From Psilocybe cubensis (Eukaryota): DNA of 64,000 bases. The stretch is taken from assembly GCA_017499595.2 (NCBI GenBank), contig CM039010.1:1240001-1304000 (forward strand), in the 5' to 3' direction. This document shows, in pieces, positions 26,857 through 38,958 of the stretch. Numbering within the stretch: the first letter of the stretch is position 1; each line of letters starts with the position of its first letter. A model generated the notes under the pieces. The model had not been told where the DNA came from. It searched no databases and saw only the letters and a list, made by a program, of their open reading frames with translations. Both the position numbers and the translations under genes were made by a program.

Positions 26857-27922
26857 TTATACAGTCTGACCCGCAGACGTGCGGTTATCTACGAAATCAA
26901 ACACATAGTCCCTCACGGGACCCCCAATAATGTCCATCAGCTCAACAAAAAATTCCATTGATTTATGCGGCATTTCCCTAGGCGGGGTCTTGAGTGCAAT
27001 TGCCACCATGGACGTAAAAGTAATTGAACGACCAGTTTTTCCGTCTGCGTAGCAAATACTAGGGTTCCAAAAAGCATCCAAGAGAATGCATACCCCAAAC
27101 TATGTTCCATCAGATGTGATTCTCCTATGACATTGTACTCACCTGTTCATACAATTTGGCCAAATCTTTTCTAGCCTTGACTATTTTCTCGTGGCGGTGT
27201 CCAAGCACTACACTGATTTTTTTGCGTTCCAATTCCTCCTCGCCTGCAACCAGGTCTGCAATCACTGCTTCGCGGTAGCGTCCCTTTGTGGCACGGTCAA
27301 GTGTTCCCCACTCTCGTGCATACCGGATAGCTTGGATTATTCCCAGCAAGCCATGTACGTATGATTGCAGCTTGTCATCCGTCTTGATGTCGGCCTGGAG
27401 CATCTCGCGTCTGTACAAACGATCACATACATTTGTGATCTGCTCAATGCTGAAGCTCGCCTCACAGATTGAAATAAACGTCCCATTGTATGCGTATGTA
27501 CCTATATAGTCTCGCTTTAAAATGTCAGCAATGTTGGTATACAATAATATGCCACCTACCAAATTTCCATCGGTTGTGTATCCCCGGTAAAGGCGCAACA
27601 GCGCCCCTTCCTCCCTTGCTTTCTGTCCCAAGCACACTCCAAGGTCATATGCCCAGTCCTGTGCAGTAACGGGCACCATGTCCTGTGCAAGCAGACTGTT
27701 GAAACGAGTCTGCGGTATCATTTTGCCGTCCGTTGGCACCTCTATTTCTCTCCAACAATCAGTGTCTGGCTCAATTCCAGACGCATACATGACCCCGGTG
27801 AGGTGCATGTACATCAGCCCTGCCATTCTATGGAGCCTCGCTATATTGTTTCTGTCGTCCGAATCATCTTCCAATGGTTCGAGTTTTGTGACTTCGGCAT
27901 ATGCCTTTTCCAGGCTCTTCAT
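26857..27922 (-). CDS. Uncharacterised protein, paralog A of a head-to-head pair
   Basis: MKSLEKAYAEVTKLEPLEDD...ASGIEPD...LLGIIQAIRYAREW...LYEQ|FGVCILLDAFWNP; alternative upstream ATGs at 27955 and 27970. Confidence 0.75.
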
Positions 27923-27985
27923 GGTACAAGCAAGAAAGACGCGTCTGAGTGACATCTCGTGACCGCGCATATATTGACCACCACC

Positions 27986-29076
27986 ATGAGACCTTTGAAA
28001 TCTCTCGAAAAAGCCTACCTCGGCCTTGCGCAGCTTGACCCTCTTGAAGAAGACGCAGGCCAAAATGAGATAGAGCAATTACAGTACCTTTACCGCATCG
28101 CAGGCCTTGTTCATTTACAAACAAGTGGCCTCTTGGCGGCGTCGGGTATAGAACCCGATGACGATGAATGGGCCGCACTCGAGTTTCCTGATCAAAACGT
28201 TCCTCCGACGCCGCAAGAACGGTTGACAGAGATTATTCAACACAATTTCTTTGATTCTCCCAATGATGCCGAATACTGGATCCCCAGGATTGTTCAGTCA
28301 CCTGTCAAGGCCAGCATGCTCCAGCAAGAGCAGGTGGCCTTTCTTCATCTTTTCCAGGGATACAACAAGGCAAACAGTATTAATGATTTGGTCAGTTTTC
28401 CTATTTTCTTGCCCAGAATCCTCACTGAACATTGTCAGATCGAGCTTCTTGGCAGCGACGATTATACCGGCACCTTTGATGCCTTGTTCCAACGCATTGT
28501 AAACATTGAAAATAATGCCCACAATCCCAGGCGACTCCTGGCCCGTTTCCACATTTCTAGTGATTTAGAAGCGGACTCGAGGGTCCACAAATTCCTCCAT
28601 GCCATGCTCGGTACCATCCAGGCCATCAAATTCGCTGAAGAATGGGATCAAATGGACAATAGGGGCAAACAGCAATACCGAGAGGAAATGTTTAACGTAA
28701 TCTATCCCTTCCACAATGAAGTGGATACCGCAATTCAGAAAAGGCACAAGGCCACTTTTGCAAGCCGGCACAACAAGGTTGTCAAGAGTCGTCAGGACAC
28801 CAAAAAATTGTTTCAAAAAGTAAATTTGTTATTTTTGTTCCTGAACATTCTCATACCCTGTACCAGTTTGGTGTAGCTGTCCTCATGGATCCCTTCTGGA
28901 ACCCAACAGCATCCTACTTGAGTGGAACCACAGGCAGATCACCTACCTTTCCAGACACTCTCTCACTCGTCCTCGCTCACCCTCACATTCCAGTCAATAG
29001 CACACCGGCATTCCAACAAATTTTGTCTTTATTTGGTGGCGGCATCGAAGAATTTGTCACAAATTTTATACATTAG
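27986..29076 (+). CDS. Uncharacterised protein, paralog B of a head-to-head pair
   Basis: Kozak-like ACCACCATG; MRPLKSLEKAYLGLAQLDPLEED...ASGIEPD...MLGTIQAIKFAEEW...LFQK|FGVAVLMDPFWNP. Confidence 0.78.
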
Positions 29077-32028
29077 CAACCCTACGAGCAAAACACTCCT
29101 TAAAACGACGCGTGTGAGGAGATCCACGATACCATGTTCGCCACTGTGCACGCGTTTGCGGTTGTGCTTTGCCATCCAAGATCATCTCTACCCGTTCTTT
29201 GTACCATCGCTCGTTTGCCGGCGTCCATTCAATCACCTGTCTTCCGTTTCGCACAGATATCCACATGTCGGCAGGTGGAAACCATGACTTGATGGTCGTT
29301 TGACTTTTGCTGTGTCCTATACAGTAATTAGCATAAATATCAATTACGCTCCTGCTATTTTACCTGTGTACATTCCGTATGTTCCACAGAGGATCGCCAG
29401 CTCGCGTTCCGTAAGCTCATCGTCTCCATAAAACAAATTTAAAACCCCCGTCGGAGCTACAAACCCTTGTCGATTCGTCTGGATTTCATGCGAAGGACCC
29501 TCCAAACAGTCACCCAAATCGAGATAGTCGCTCGCGATCCGACCCACCAATCCACCCTTCAACACCGCTGCCCGACCATGCGAGTGTTGCAGCAAGGTTT
29601 CGCACTGGTACTGGTATTCCTTAAAGTCATCCACGCCAAATTGATATCCTGCTGGACGGTATGACACGGGTTGGAATACATCTGCCACCGTCTTGCTTCT
29701 GGTGGACATTGAAAGTCCAACCAGAGTCCGACATGGAACTCCTTTGCTGAGCATCTTGTATGCAATTTCATCTACTGCTAGCAAAGGGTTATCTCTCACA
29801 AGTCGGCACACATACAGTGCAATTTCAACCGATTCCACACCCAACATCCAGTCCGAGCTCTCAGACGGACGTAGCGAAAAAACAAACAGGTTGGGAAGCG
29901 GGCGTTGAACATGGTGCAGTGGTACATCGCAACTCCATGTCCCATCACTGACAATGTCATGGTAAAAGTCGTGGATCGACTGCTGCTCCAATATGCTAAT
30001 TTGGCCCAGATCCGACTGGTTAAAACCAAAGCATTCCACAATGTCCTGCCAATCGTTGGGTGGCCTCAATTCTTTGCACGTTGACACTCCGGTGTATCCA
30101 TAGCTATACCGAATGGTCTCCACGAAATCTGTCGAGGGCATCAGCCACCGGCGTTCTGGTTCACTGGCCTCCTCTGCAACAATGGTGGGGTTTGCTTTAT
30201 CTGCAACGAGGGTGGTGTGGGCTTCCTCTGCAACCATGGTGGGGTTTGCTTCATCTGCAATGATGGTGGGGTTTGCTTCATCTGCAACGATGGTGGTGTG
30301 GGCTTCATCTGCAACGATGGTGGTGTGGGCTTTCTCTGAAACAAGGGTGGGCTGGGGTTCTGTTTGTTTGGATTCACTGCCCTGTTTTGGAGAAAAGAGC
30401 CCGTGGTATGGCTCTGACGACATGTCGTCACTGTCCTCGTCACTGTCGCTTCCCCTTGTGCGGTAAACCAATTCTTTAGGAGGATCAAAAATGCACAAAT
30501 CCCATTCATTTTTTGCAGCATTGTACACTCGACGCCGGGTAGGACAATCTCTATGAGCACTTGAATGGTCGCTTTTCAAAAGTTTGCGACGCACGTAAGC
30601 ATTCATCTCAAACGTCCACGCGTACATTGTTGTTTTCAGCAGAGGAGCAGGTGTTGACATTGGGCGCGGGGGTTTCCTTTTCCACTGGGCCAGCCTGTCC
30701 TGCCAGTACGGAGTCCAATCCGCAAATACCTGGGTGTGCTTATGACCGCCGTAGTCTTCAGAAAAGTCAAATACTTGCAATTCATTGGCTACTTGCACAG
30801 CGTGCGTCTTCAGCTCTTCAGACCTCTCCTTCAACAGTGCGTCAATATCCAATCGGTCCCATTCTGCGCTCATCTCATCCAAATGGTCCCTGTAGTGGTT
30901 GACTATGTGCCGGAAAACAACAGAATCAAATGTCATTTGGCTCATCAATTTCAGGCTCGGAGAATCTGTGTTGTCGTGCATGTTGTGGTATCTGCGAATA
31001 AGCAAGCACCCAATGGGAATATTCTGTGCAGCCGCGGTCCCTAGAACCTCATCGATGACGTCTGTAAGCATTTTGGAAGGTGGTTCAAGACCCTTCCTAT
31101 TGACACGGGACGTTTTCAAAAACTCCTCTTCCACAACCCGCCACGGATAGTACACCGGGACATGGTTCTCCAAAAACACTTCGATGGGTGGCTGAGTTCG
31201 GTGAGTTTGTGTCCATTCATATGCGATTCCAATGCGAGGCGTTCGTGCATTGAAAGAGCACACATTCGAATTGTATATCCCGTCTAGCCATGCCTCCGTG
31301 ATCAAAGGTGTCTGGCGCTCAGGAACCAGCCAACGACATTCCTTCAATGCTCTTTCCATTTCTTCGTCAGCAAGTTTCTCCTGCTCCTCTAGGATTCGCG
31401 TGTGCCATGCAGGTACAGGAAGATTGGGTTGACTTTGTAGGTGCACGGCGTGTTCGGGTCGACGGGATTGCACAATCAGGTAGGACATGAAGCCCATCCA
31501 CAGGACAAAACAATTTCGGCTGATTTCAATCATCTTTTTCGCCACTGCAGATGTTTTGTGGGTCCGCTTGTAGCCAAAATCCCCTGGAAAAGGTGGTGGG
31601 GTGCCAGGTATGCGATACCACAACCGCAGCTTCTCGCACAGTTTCACTATACGCCGTTCACACATGTCCCATTTGTCTCGGTCTGCTTCGTTCATTCCCC
31701 ATGTTTTATCAGTTTTAATCAGCTTCGGTGCCCAGCATAGTGGTTCAAACGGTGTGGCCAGAAAAGTTGGGGTTAAAGGCACGAATGATAGCCATCCATA
31801 GCTGTCCTCCCATCGAACAGGCTGTCTGTAGTTGGCGAGATCTAGGTTGTAACGGGGAGGAATATACGCTGGATCGGACACGTCTGCTGTCATCACAGGT
31901 TCAAAGTGCCTCAACGTGGGCCTCTCATCTTCACCAGGCATAACAACAACTCGTTCACTATTTGGAGAACAGTATATAACACCATCTTGCAAAAAAACAA
32001 CGCCCTTGGTCCAGTCAATGTTTTCCAT
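29066..32028 (-). CDS. Large (~970 aa) uncharacterised protein, probably element-associated
   Basis: 894-aa exon plus a terminal exon after an intron at ~29320-29365. Motifs GRAAVLKGGLVGRIA, DDELTERELAILCGTY, SWFPP, WTPANERWY...W. Contains an internal 9-aa repeat. Confidence 0.78.
30170..30335 (-). repeat. Coding 27-bp minisatellite (~6 copies; EAHTTIVAD/EANPTIIAD)
   Basis: CTTCATCTGCAACGATGGTGGTGTGGG-like units in tandem. Confidence 0.85.
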
Positions 32029-32037
32029 GTTTCGTCT

Positions 32038-32245
32038 CAGGAAGATCTTCCGAGAGAAACGTGTTCGTTACAGGAAGATCTCCTGAAAGACAAGGGTACG
32101 AGTGCTCCCGAGAGAAACGTGTTCGTTACAGGAAGATCTCCTGAAAGACAAGGGTACGAGTGCTCCCGAGAGAAACGTGTTCGTTACAGGAAGATCTCCT
32201 GAAACAAATGGGTACAAGTTTTTCGTCTCGGGAGATCTCCTGAGA
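32038..32245. repeat. 58-bp tandem repeat carrying CAGGAAGATCTCCTG quasi-palindromes
   Basis: Units at 32071, 32129 and 32187, plus degenerate cores at ~32038 and ~32228. Confidence 0.88.
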
Positions 32246-32359
32246 GAAACAAGTACAAGGAACCAATTGAACAAAATTTTTACAAGTCATTCGCATTCGT
32301 GACCCGATTACATAAAGGCTTACCTAATCCATGGACTTCGCGTTACCTGCTTGCTCACC

Positions 32360-32480
32360 ACGCACTCCAGAGATCTCTGGTTTGCAGCCTATCAAAGTGT
32401 ATGCTACCTGCACTCCAGAGATCTCTGGGTTGCAGCCTATCAAAGTGCACGCTACCTGCACTCCAGAGATCTCTGGACTG
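32360..32480. repeat. 48-bp tandem repeat with perfect 14-bp palindrome CCAGAGATCTCTGG (3 copies)
   Basis: Palindromes at 32367, 32415 and 32463. Confidence 0.92.
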
Positions 32481-32647
32481 CAGCAATTGCGTGTCTCTCG
32501 CCTATGCAGTGTGCAAGACTGGGTGTTGGCAAAAAAAACTACGATCACGTGTGACCCTATCGCGTCCGAACGCGTCCCCTCCCCCGCCCCCCCCCCCCCA
32601 CTTCTCTTTCAGACCATCACGCAACTCCCTTTGCATATATCCAAAAC

Positions 32648-33522
32648 ATGAATTCCCCAGCCTCCGAACAACATCTGACCGTCATCAGCGTCCAAAACAT
32701 GGATTCTCCAGCCTCCGAACAATATGACGACGCAGTATCACACGAACAACATCTGACCCTCTACAGTGAGGAACAAATTGGCGCATATAATCTGGTTTCC
32801 AATGCTGCATTGCGTATGATCAGTATAATCGAAATAGCCCTGCCTTCGACCATGACTTTGTGCCAAGACCTTGGTGCCGCACTCTCGTCGTCTGCCGTCA
32901 CAGAACTCAACATTCACGGAGAACTGTGCCCTGCAGCGGTTTCATGGCTTTTAGACGAGAAGTGGAGAATAGTTCTAGGACAATTAACTGTTTTGCGCTA
33001 CAAACTTGACCTGACCACGGCAGAGGTGAATATTTTGCAGATTCAATATAATCATGCTCACCCGGCCAGGATGAATTTGAGGAGCAAGTGAATTGTCCCT
33101 GGGATTCCCCACTATGGCCGAAAATGTTATCCCGATGCACTTCCTTGGTCTTGTTTCTCGTCAAGACACCCGTCCTTATTCAATTCGATCACGGCTTATC
33201 CCCCGATTTTACCATCAGCAAGGCTGTAGAAAAATGGAATTTGGAATCCATTAAAACACTTCGACGATTCTATCTGTTCCATGCATATAAGTCAACGCGG
33301 GTCACTGACTTATATGGATGCCATAATCTTCTCTGGCGCACTTCAGAAAATGACCAGTGGCACCAAACAATAATTCGCCCACCAAAGAAAATCATGTCAT
33401 TACACCGCCGTTTGCTTCGATATTCTGCGGACCGAATCGAAGATTCCGATATAGATGTATTTGATTCTGATGATTCTGATGATACTGACGATACAGATGA
33501 TGCTGATGAATATGATGATTAA
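32648..33522 (+). CDS. Uncharacterised two-exon protein with acidic C-terminus
   Basis: ORFs 32648-33091 and 33088-33522 join in frame through a GT-AG intron at 33026-33069; tail DSDDSDDTDDTDDADEYDD. Confidence 0.6.
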
Positions 33523-33879
33523 ACTTGTCGTAATACCGTTTGTCGCCCGAAAATCGTGTTTTCATTCAATAAAGTACTACACTATGTTTTCACTTTTGCA
33601 AATTGCTTCTGGAATACAAGAAAATCGCTACCAATAGTAAAACAAAAATAATGTTTTGTGTGAAATACATGTACTGTGAACAACATGCCTTACACCTATG
33701 AGATACTAATATTATCATAACGAGACTGTGCAAGTACGCGGTCTTTTCACAGACGCGACTGTTACGTTGTGCAGCAAATATATTATTTCTGTACATTGAT
33801 CGTGCACGTGATATACTGCACGTGATTCCATGGACCTCCATAGCCAACACGTCAGCAGCTCTCTCTGGATCTGCTATAC

Positions 33880-34290
33880 TGCACTCCAGAGATCTCTGGT
33901 CTGCGGTACATGCACTCTGGATCTGCAATACTGCACTCCAGAGATCTCTGGTGTGCGGTACATGCACTATCGACTGGCGATTCCGGCACTCCAGAGATCT
34001 CTGGTCTGCGGTACATGCACTATCGACTGGCGATTCCGGCACTCCAGAGATCTCTGGTCTGCGGTACATGCACTATCGACTGGCGATTCCGGCACTCCAC
34101 AGATCTCTGGTCTGCGGTACCTGCACATCTGGCATTGAGAACATGCCACAGCCTATTCCGTCCTCCGGTCCGCGGGTCTCTCCCTACTACTCATATGTTA
34201 CTTGCACTCCAGAGATCTCTGGTCTGCAGCATATCCAAAAATCTGCCCTATCGCTCCCCAGGCCTTGTACACCAGAGATCTCTGGTCGGC
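33880..34290. repeat. 52-53-bp tandem array with CCAGAGATCTCTGG palindromes (7 copies, one variant)
   Basis: Palindromes at 33886, 33938, 33991, 34044, 34097 (CCAC variant), 34209 and 34272. Confidence 0.92.
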
Positions 34291-34815
34291 AGGTCTTAGT
34301 GTGGCCTTCTGCTTTGGTTCTGCAGGCTGACATGAATATGACAGCTGTAAATCATACAAAAGAAGGATTGCATCAAGCACTCTATGCTTCTCCGATTCAC
34401 TGCCAAGATATTGATGTCGATCAAAATGGCCACCCCACAAAGGCAATCCCATACAGAGGTCGAGTCGTTTAACATCGCCCTCAATCAGTGTTGCAACGGC
34501 CAGACACTGTGGGCCAAAAAGTCATGTAAAGGTTGGTGATTTCTACCACTGTTATGTGATTCAAATTCTAAATATCATGTTTTTTTCCTAGGCCTAAAAA
34601 TATGCTGTGCGACGCCTATGATTAATCCTAAAGCAAACACCACCAATCATATGCAGCGGAAAATTGTGCAATCTGTAACTTCATTCTAAACGTCACTTTT
34701 GATACTGCAAAGCACTATTGGTGATATGCATTACACTTTTCATTAAAAAAAAAAAAAAAACTCGTTGAATTAAGCAGTTTCAGGCGAAATTAGTGTGCAT
34801 ATGACGCGCATATAT

Positions 34816-35419
34816 TCACACTGATGCCATATCAAACATTGTAACTCCCACCATAGCAGACTATAGACATCTTTAGAACAAACAATATCATCGCGGACAG
34901 ACTATACTCACATTGGTGGCCTGTTCCAAAAGCAACCTTTTCTGGTCCAACTGGGCCAACTGGATCGTCTTTTGTGCTTCGATGGCCTGACGCTTGGTTA
35001 TCTCCGCTGCCTCCGCTGCCCTTGCTGTGGCTTCCTGGGTCTTCAAGATTTGGATCCTTTCTTGGACTTTGGCTTCTTCAAGCTTTATCTTCTCGGTAAT
35101 CGCGGCATTCTTGAGCAAGCTCTCCATCCGGGTAGCATCAAACAATGACAATGGGGTGGAACAGCTAAAGACAATTAGCATATGCAAGGGCCACTACGCC
35201 AATATTCACTGTTCATTTTCTTTTTCTCTGCTAACTATCAGAATACGGAAGTGGTTATTCAAAATCTTCTTACTCTTCGGAATCCGTTATTGCCTTTCGT
35301 TTGCCTTTGTCACCAATTTTCTGTCTTTTGTTTGCCGGCCTGCGTTTGCTTTTGGGTGCCGCTATGTCTAGTTCTGTAACACTAGAAGTTGAATCATTGA
35401 GCATTTTTACGTCGGCCAT
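34816..35419 (-). CDS. Small basic/coiled-coil protein, divergent from the recombinase gene
   Basis: MADVKML...KSKRRPANKRQKIGDKGKRK (NLS-like), a coiled-coil exon (EKIKLEEAKVQERIQILKTQEATARAAEAAE...) and a short last exon ending TGA at 34816. Confidence 0.6.
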
Positions 35420-35543
35420 AGTGTTACGTGCAAAAGCAAGCAGGACGCCGTGTCGGACAGGAGGTCGAACGGCACCACGTGACCGTTGAGATATCAAGGA
35501 TTCGCAAAATTGTTACCAACAAGATTCCTTCCTCCCCCCCAAA

Positions 35544-36793
35544 ATGTCGTCTCACCCCCACATACGAGCCGCATATTTCAGGGTCTCCCTCGATGAAGCT
35601 CAGGAGGCTCTCAAGGATTGCATTGAGAACCTTATGTCGACGACTGCGCCTGCAACTCTGCGCAACAGAGAAAAAATTCGTATGAAGTTCCTCTTCACTG
35701 TGCAAGCGTTCGAACCCGATCTCGAAGAGCATCGTCTCTGGTTCCACGACACTCTTGAAAAGTACTACCAGAAGTTTCTTGTATTTTTGGTTTTAGCACT
35801 CAGACAACCAGATGGCACTTACAAGTGCACCGCTGGAACTATGAAAGAGGCTTATCTGACTTTTTGTTGGCACATTGCCAGATTCGCAGTCGATGCACAA
35901 GGGAAGCTTATAGGCTCCAAGCTTCTTTCAGCAGAGGGGTACCATCAGTTTTTAAAAGATCAGTGTTATACACGTACGTGATTTGCTCCTTATATTTTCC
36001 CTGTTCACGGAGCTCATTTTTCTACAGTAATCACCAAATACAAACTGGCACGCCACCAAAAACCTCGTATTATGCTGACTGAATTCGAACTTCGCCTTAT
36101 CGTTGAACAAAACTTGCTCATGTCACAAAAGTTCAATCGTCTGGTTGCGCTTCAACGCATCTGCCTAGCGTTAACTCTATTCTATACTCTGTGCCGGCCG
36201 GGATCTCTGGGACCTTCGGAAAAGGTCTACAAACAAGATAAAAAAGTATTTACTCCTCCTTTTCTTTCCCTTTTGTTTTCTTATTCCCACCTAGTACCCC
36301 TGTGTCAAACACGTCAAGTTTATTCGTATCGACCGTCTCAAATATCGAGTAAAGTTGCAAATCATGCAGCTCAAAGGGCACAACACCACATTCACTGGCG
36401 AGCAACGCGAATATATTTTAGAGCCGGTCAAGAACTGGTTTAATATCATGTTGGAACATGGGATCTACATGGTTTCTTTTTTTCTCGCCCGCGGATTGTT
36501 TGTAAACATTCATGTACGTGTTTCCTGCCTCTAGTTTTTATTTTCTACAACGGCTTTATTTGCAGACTATTGAAGATCTTGCAAACTCGACCGATCTTTA
36601 TTTGCCAATTGATCCAACACGAATGGAAGAACCCCTATTCTTGGCGAGCGGGCCTGGCGGAAGAGGCTTTAAGGACCCTCCGGAACCAATGGTCTCCACT
36701 GGTATTACCGCTGGCATGAAGACTGTCGCCGTCAATGCAGGCCTACCAGGTGCTACAGCATATGGTTTTCGTTCTCAAGGCGCCATAGACGCA

Positions 36794-36824
<31 letters not shown>

Positions 36825-38958
36825 CCTATGATAACCGCTATACTATTAGGTCAAAAACAAATTTGGCAAAGACGTGGCAGAAACTCTCCTCACCCATATT
36901 GAACCAGGGTCACACAAATTTTACTCCTCCGAAACTGCAGCTTTTGACCTTACTGGCATGATGCTCAATGAGCTGCCTATACCCTTGGATGCAAACAAAA
37001 TGGCAAGTTGAATCTTGGTTTGATGTCTTATCACCTAACCTATTGTTTTAGCACATCATTGAACGTGATTTGATTACTCGTCCTGCTATTATGTGTCTGA
37101 TGCAGATACAACGTGCTATCCGTGCACACCTGCCAAAACAACTGATTGCTCAAGTTGCTCATGCCACAACCAATGAGCGGACGGCCCCCGTCAAACTAAC
37201 TGAAGCTGAGACCATGGAAGCCCATAAGGTATTTAATCTGGTTTTGCAAATTAAACAGTTAATCATTCGGTACTTCTTTAGAACAATCCTAAATTGCAAA
37301 ACCTATTGAAAGAGGAAAGCAGACTTCGCACAGAGTTTCGAAATTGCTTTAGCGACACTCTCACCAATGGCCAACCTTTCCATTACTCTAGCCGAAGCAT
37401 TTCAACAATATTAAATTCCAAGACAGTTATTCGGCTTGTTCCTGATGACAAAATAGACAAAGTAACTGCTTATGTCCTTGATTGATCTCTTTATCTTCTA
37501 ACCATCTCTACCAGGTTGCCGCAGATTATCGAAAAGCTGCCGCGGCTGCAACATCCATGCGATCCAAAGTTGCAAAGGCTGCCAAACGTGACAAGGAAAA
37601 GCAAGTTGTCGCGACCAGGCGTCAGGACACAGCAGGATCCACTGACGACGCCAACAAGGCTATAGCATTGCTCAAACAACCATCCGATTATCTTCTGGTT
37701 CCACAGGCCTCTACCTCCACTCGGATCATAGACTCCATAACCACTGCAGTCGGCTCAGCCTCGATTCTTGAAAGAGCTAAAAGGAAAGAAATAGATCATA
37801 TTATTTCAAAATCTCACATAGATGGCGTGGATCCTTTGCAAGCTGATCCAACCTTCAACGCCATGGTCAAGTTAGTCGCAGCTCGGATGCAAGAAGCTAA
37901 CCTGGGTGACGGAGAGCATGACAATCCCGAGGAAGATATTCCAATTGACCCAGCTCTCCGGAATCTCGATCAATTAATCACCAATGCTACCCCAGTGCAC
38001 AAACGTTCTTCTGCGCCTATATTTGCATCTGATGACGAGTATGAGGATGATGACGACGACGTCGAGGATACTCCAAACAACATTGCTGATCATGAGCACC
38101 CAGACGACACCAAAGTCATAGTTGATATGACCAACTTGCGAATGTGCACTATGGAATCAATTCTCCGCCCCATCATCACCCAAAGAGCCCTGGAAAACAA
38201 TGAAAAGGTGTGTATCAGTTTCCTACGTATTCACAACAGCTGACCAATGAGCAGAACGCCAATGGCAAATATGTTTGCCCACGCTGCACCAAATATTTCA
38301 ACAAAAATCAAGAATTTTCCTCACTTGCACATTTGGAGCGACACATGCAAGTATTATTATGGAGCCTGCTATTTTACCCTAATCCATTTATTTTAGAAAT
38401 GTTCAACATACTGCGTGGAAGGAGCTCATTTTGTTGATGCATGATGCAACCAATGCCGACACATTTATTTGCCCCACTGTGCAGTGCAAATTCAGGCAGG
38501 CTTTTCTACCAAATGATCACCTTGACCTTGACCTTGTTGACGTCTCTTTCAGGGCAACCTCTGAGAAGGCAGTAATTTCACACTGTCTCAAGGAATGTGT
38601 TGATGTGGAAAAATATACACAAATGTGGCAACATCACCAAGAGATGACTCTCGATAGCCGGTCCAGCAAAGGCCAATATAATCTTGTATCAAACGTAACA
38701 ACAGGTGAAATATCAGAACCTAATACCAATCTTCTTCTCGCCTCGTTTTTACCGTTTGCAACCAGTCACCCTGTGAGTTGATTTTATGTAATAAATTTAT
38801 CATCCACACTGACAAAATCAAAGCTTACGTATGGGATCGTTAGTGATGTATTTGAACAGTACGCCAGCTATCAACCGATACAGCAAGAGGATGCTCGAAG
38901 CATTGAGGAGGTGGCAGGTTTTACATACCAAGATTTGATAAATGAGTTTGATGCATAG
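35544..38958 (+). CDS. Tyrosine recombinase, DUF3435 (Starship captain)/Crypton-like, with C-terminal C2H2 zinc finger; multi-exon
   Basis: Spliced translation shows ordered YR catalytic motifs: LFYTLCRPGSL (R), QLKGHN (K), FFLARGLF...PLFLA, AGLPGATAYGFRSQGA (YxxR), LLTH...HKFYS...FD (H, Y); later CPRC...LAHLERHM. GC-AG introns at 36791-36849 and 37003-37051. Confidence 0.75.

Noticed and set aside
26527-26860. Small spliced plus-strand gene (MSTQQPQPNPQ...) beside the Plavaka end
   Set aside because: Short, with uncertain exon structure and no recognisable motif; not enough support to call.
33880-34290. CRISPR-like appearance of palindromic repeats with spacers
   Set aside because: Eukaryotic context, no cas genes, and several spacers are identical to one another, so this is a tandem repeat rather than acquired spacers.
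32068-34472. Many overlapping ORFs with PEISG/QRSL/SRDLW peptides
   Set aside because: They are translations of the palindromic repeats in several frames, not credible genes.
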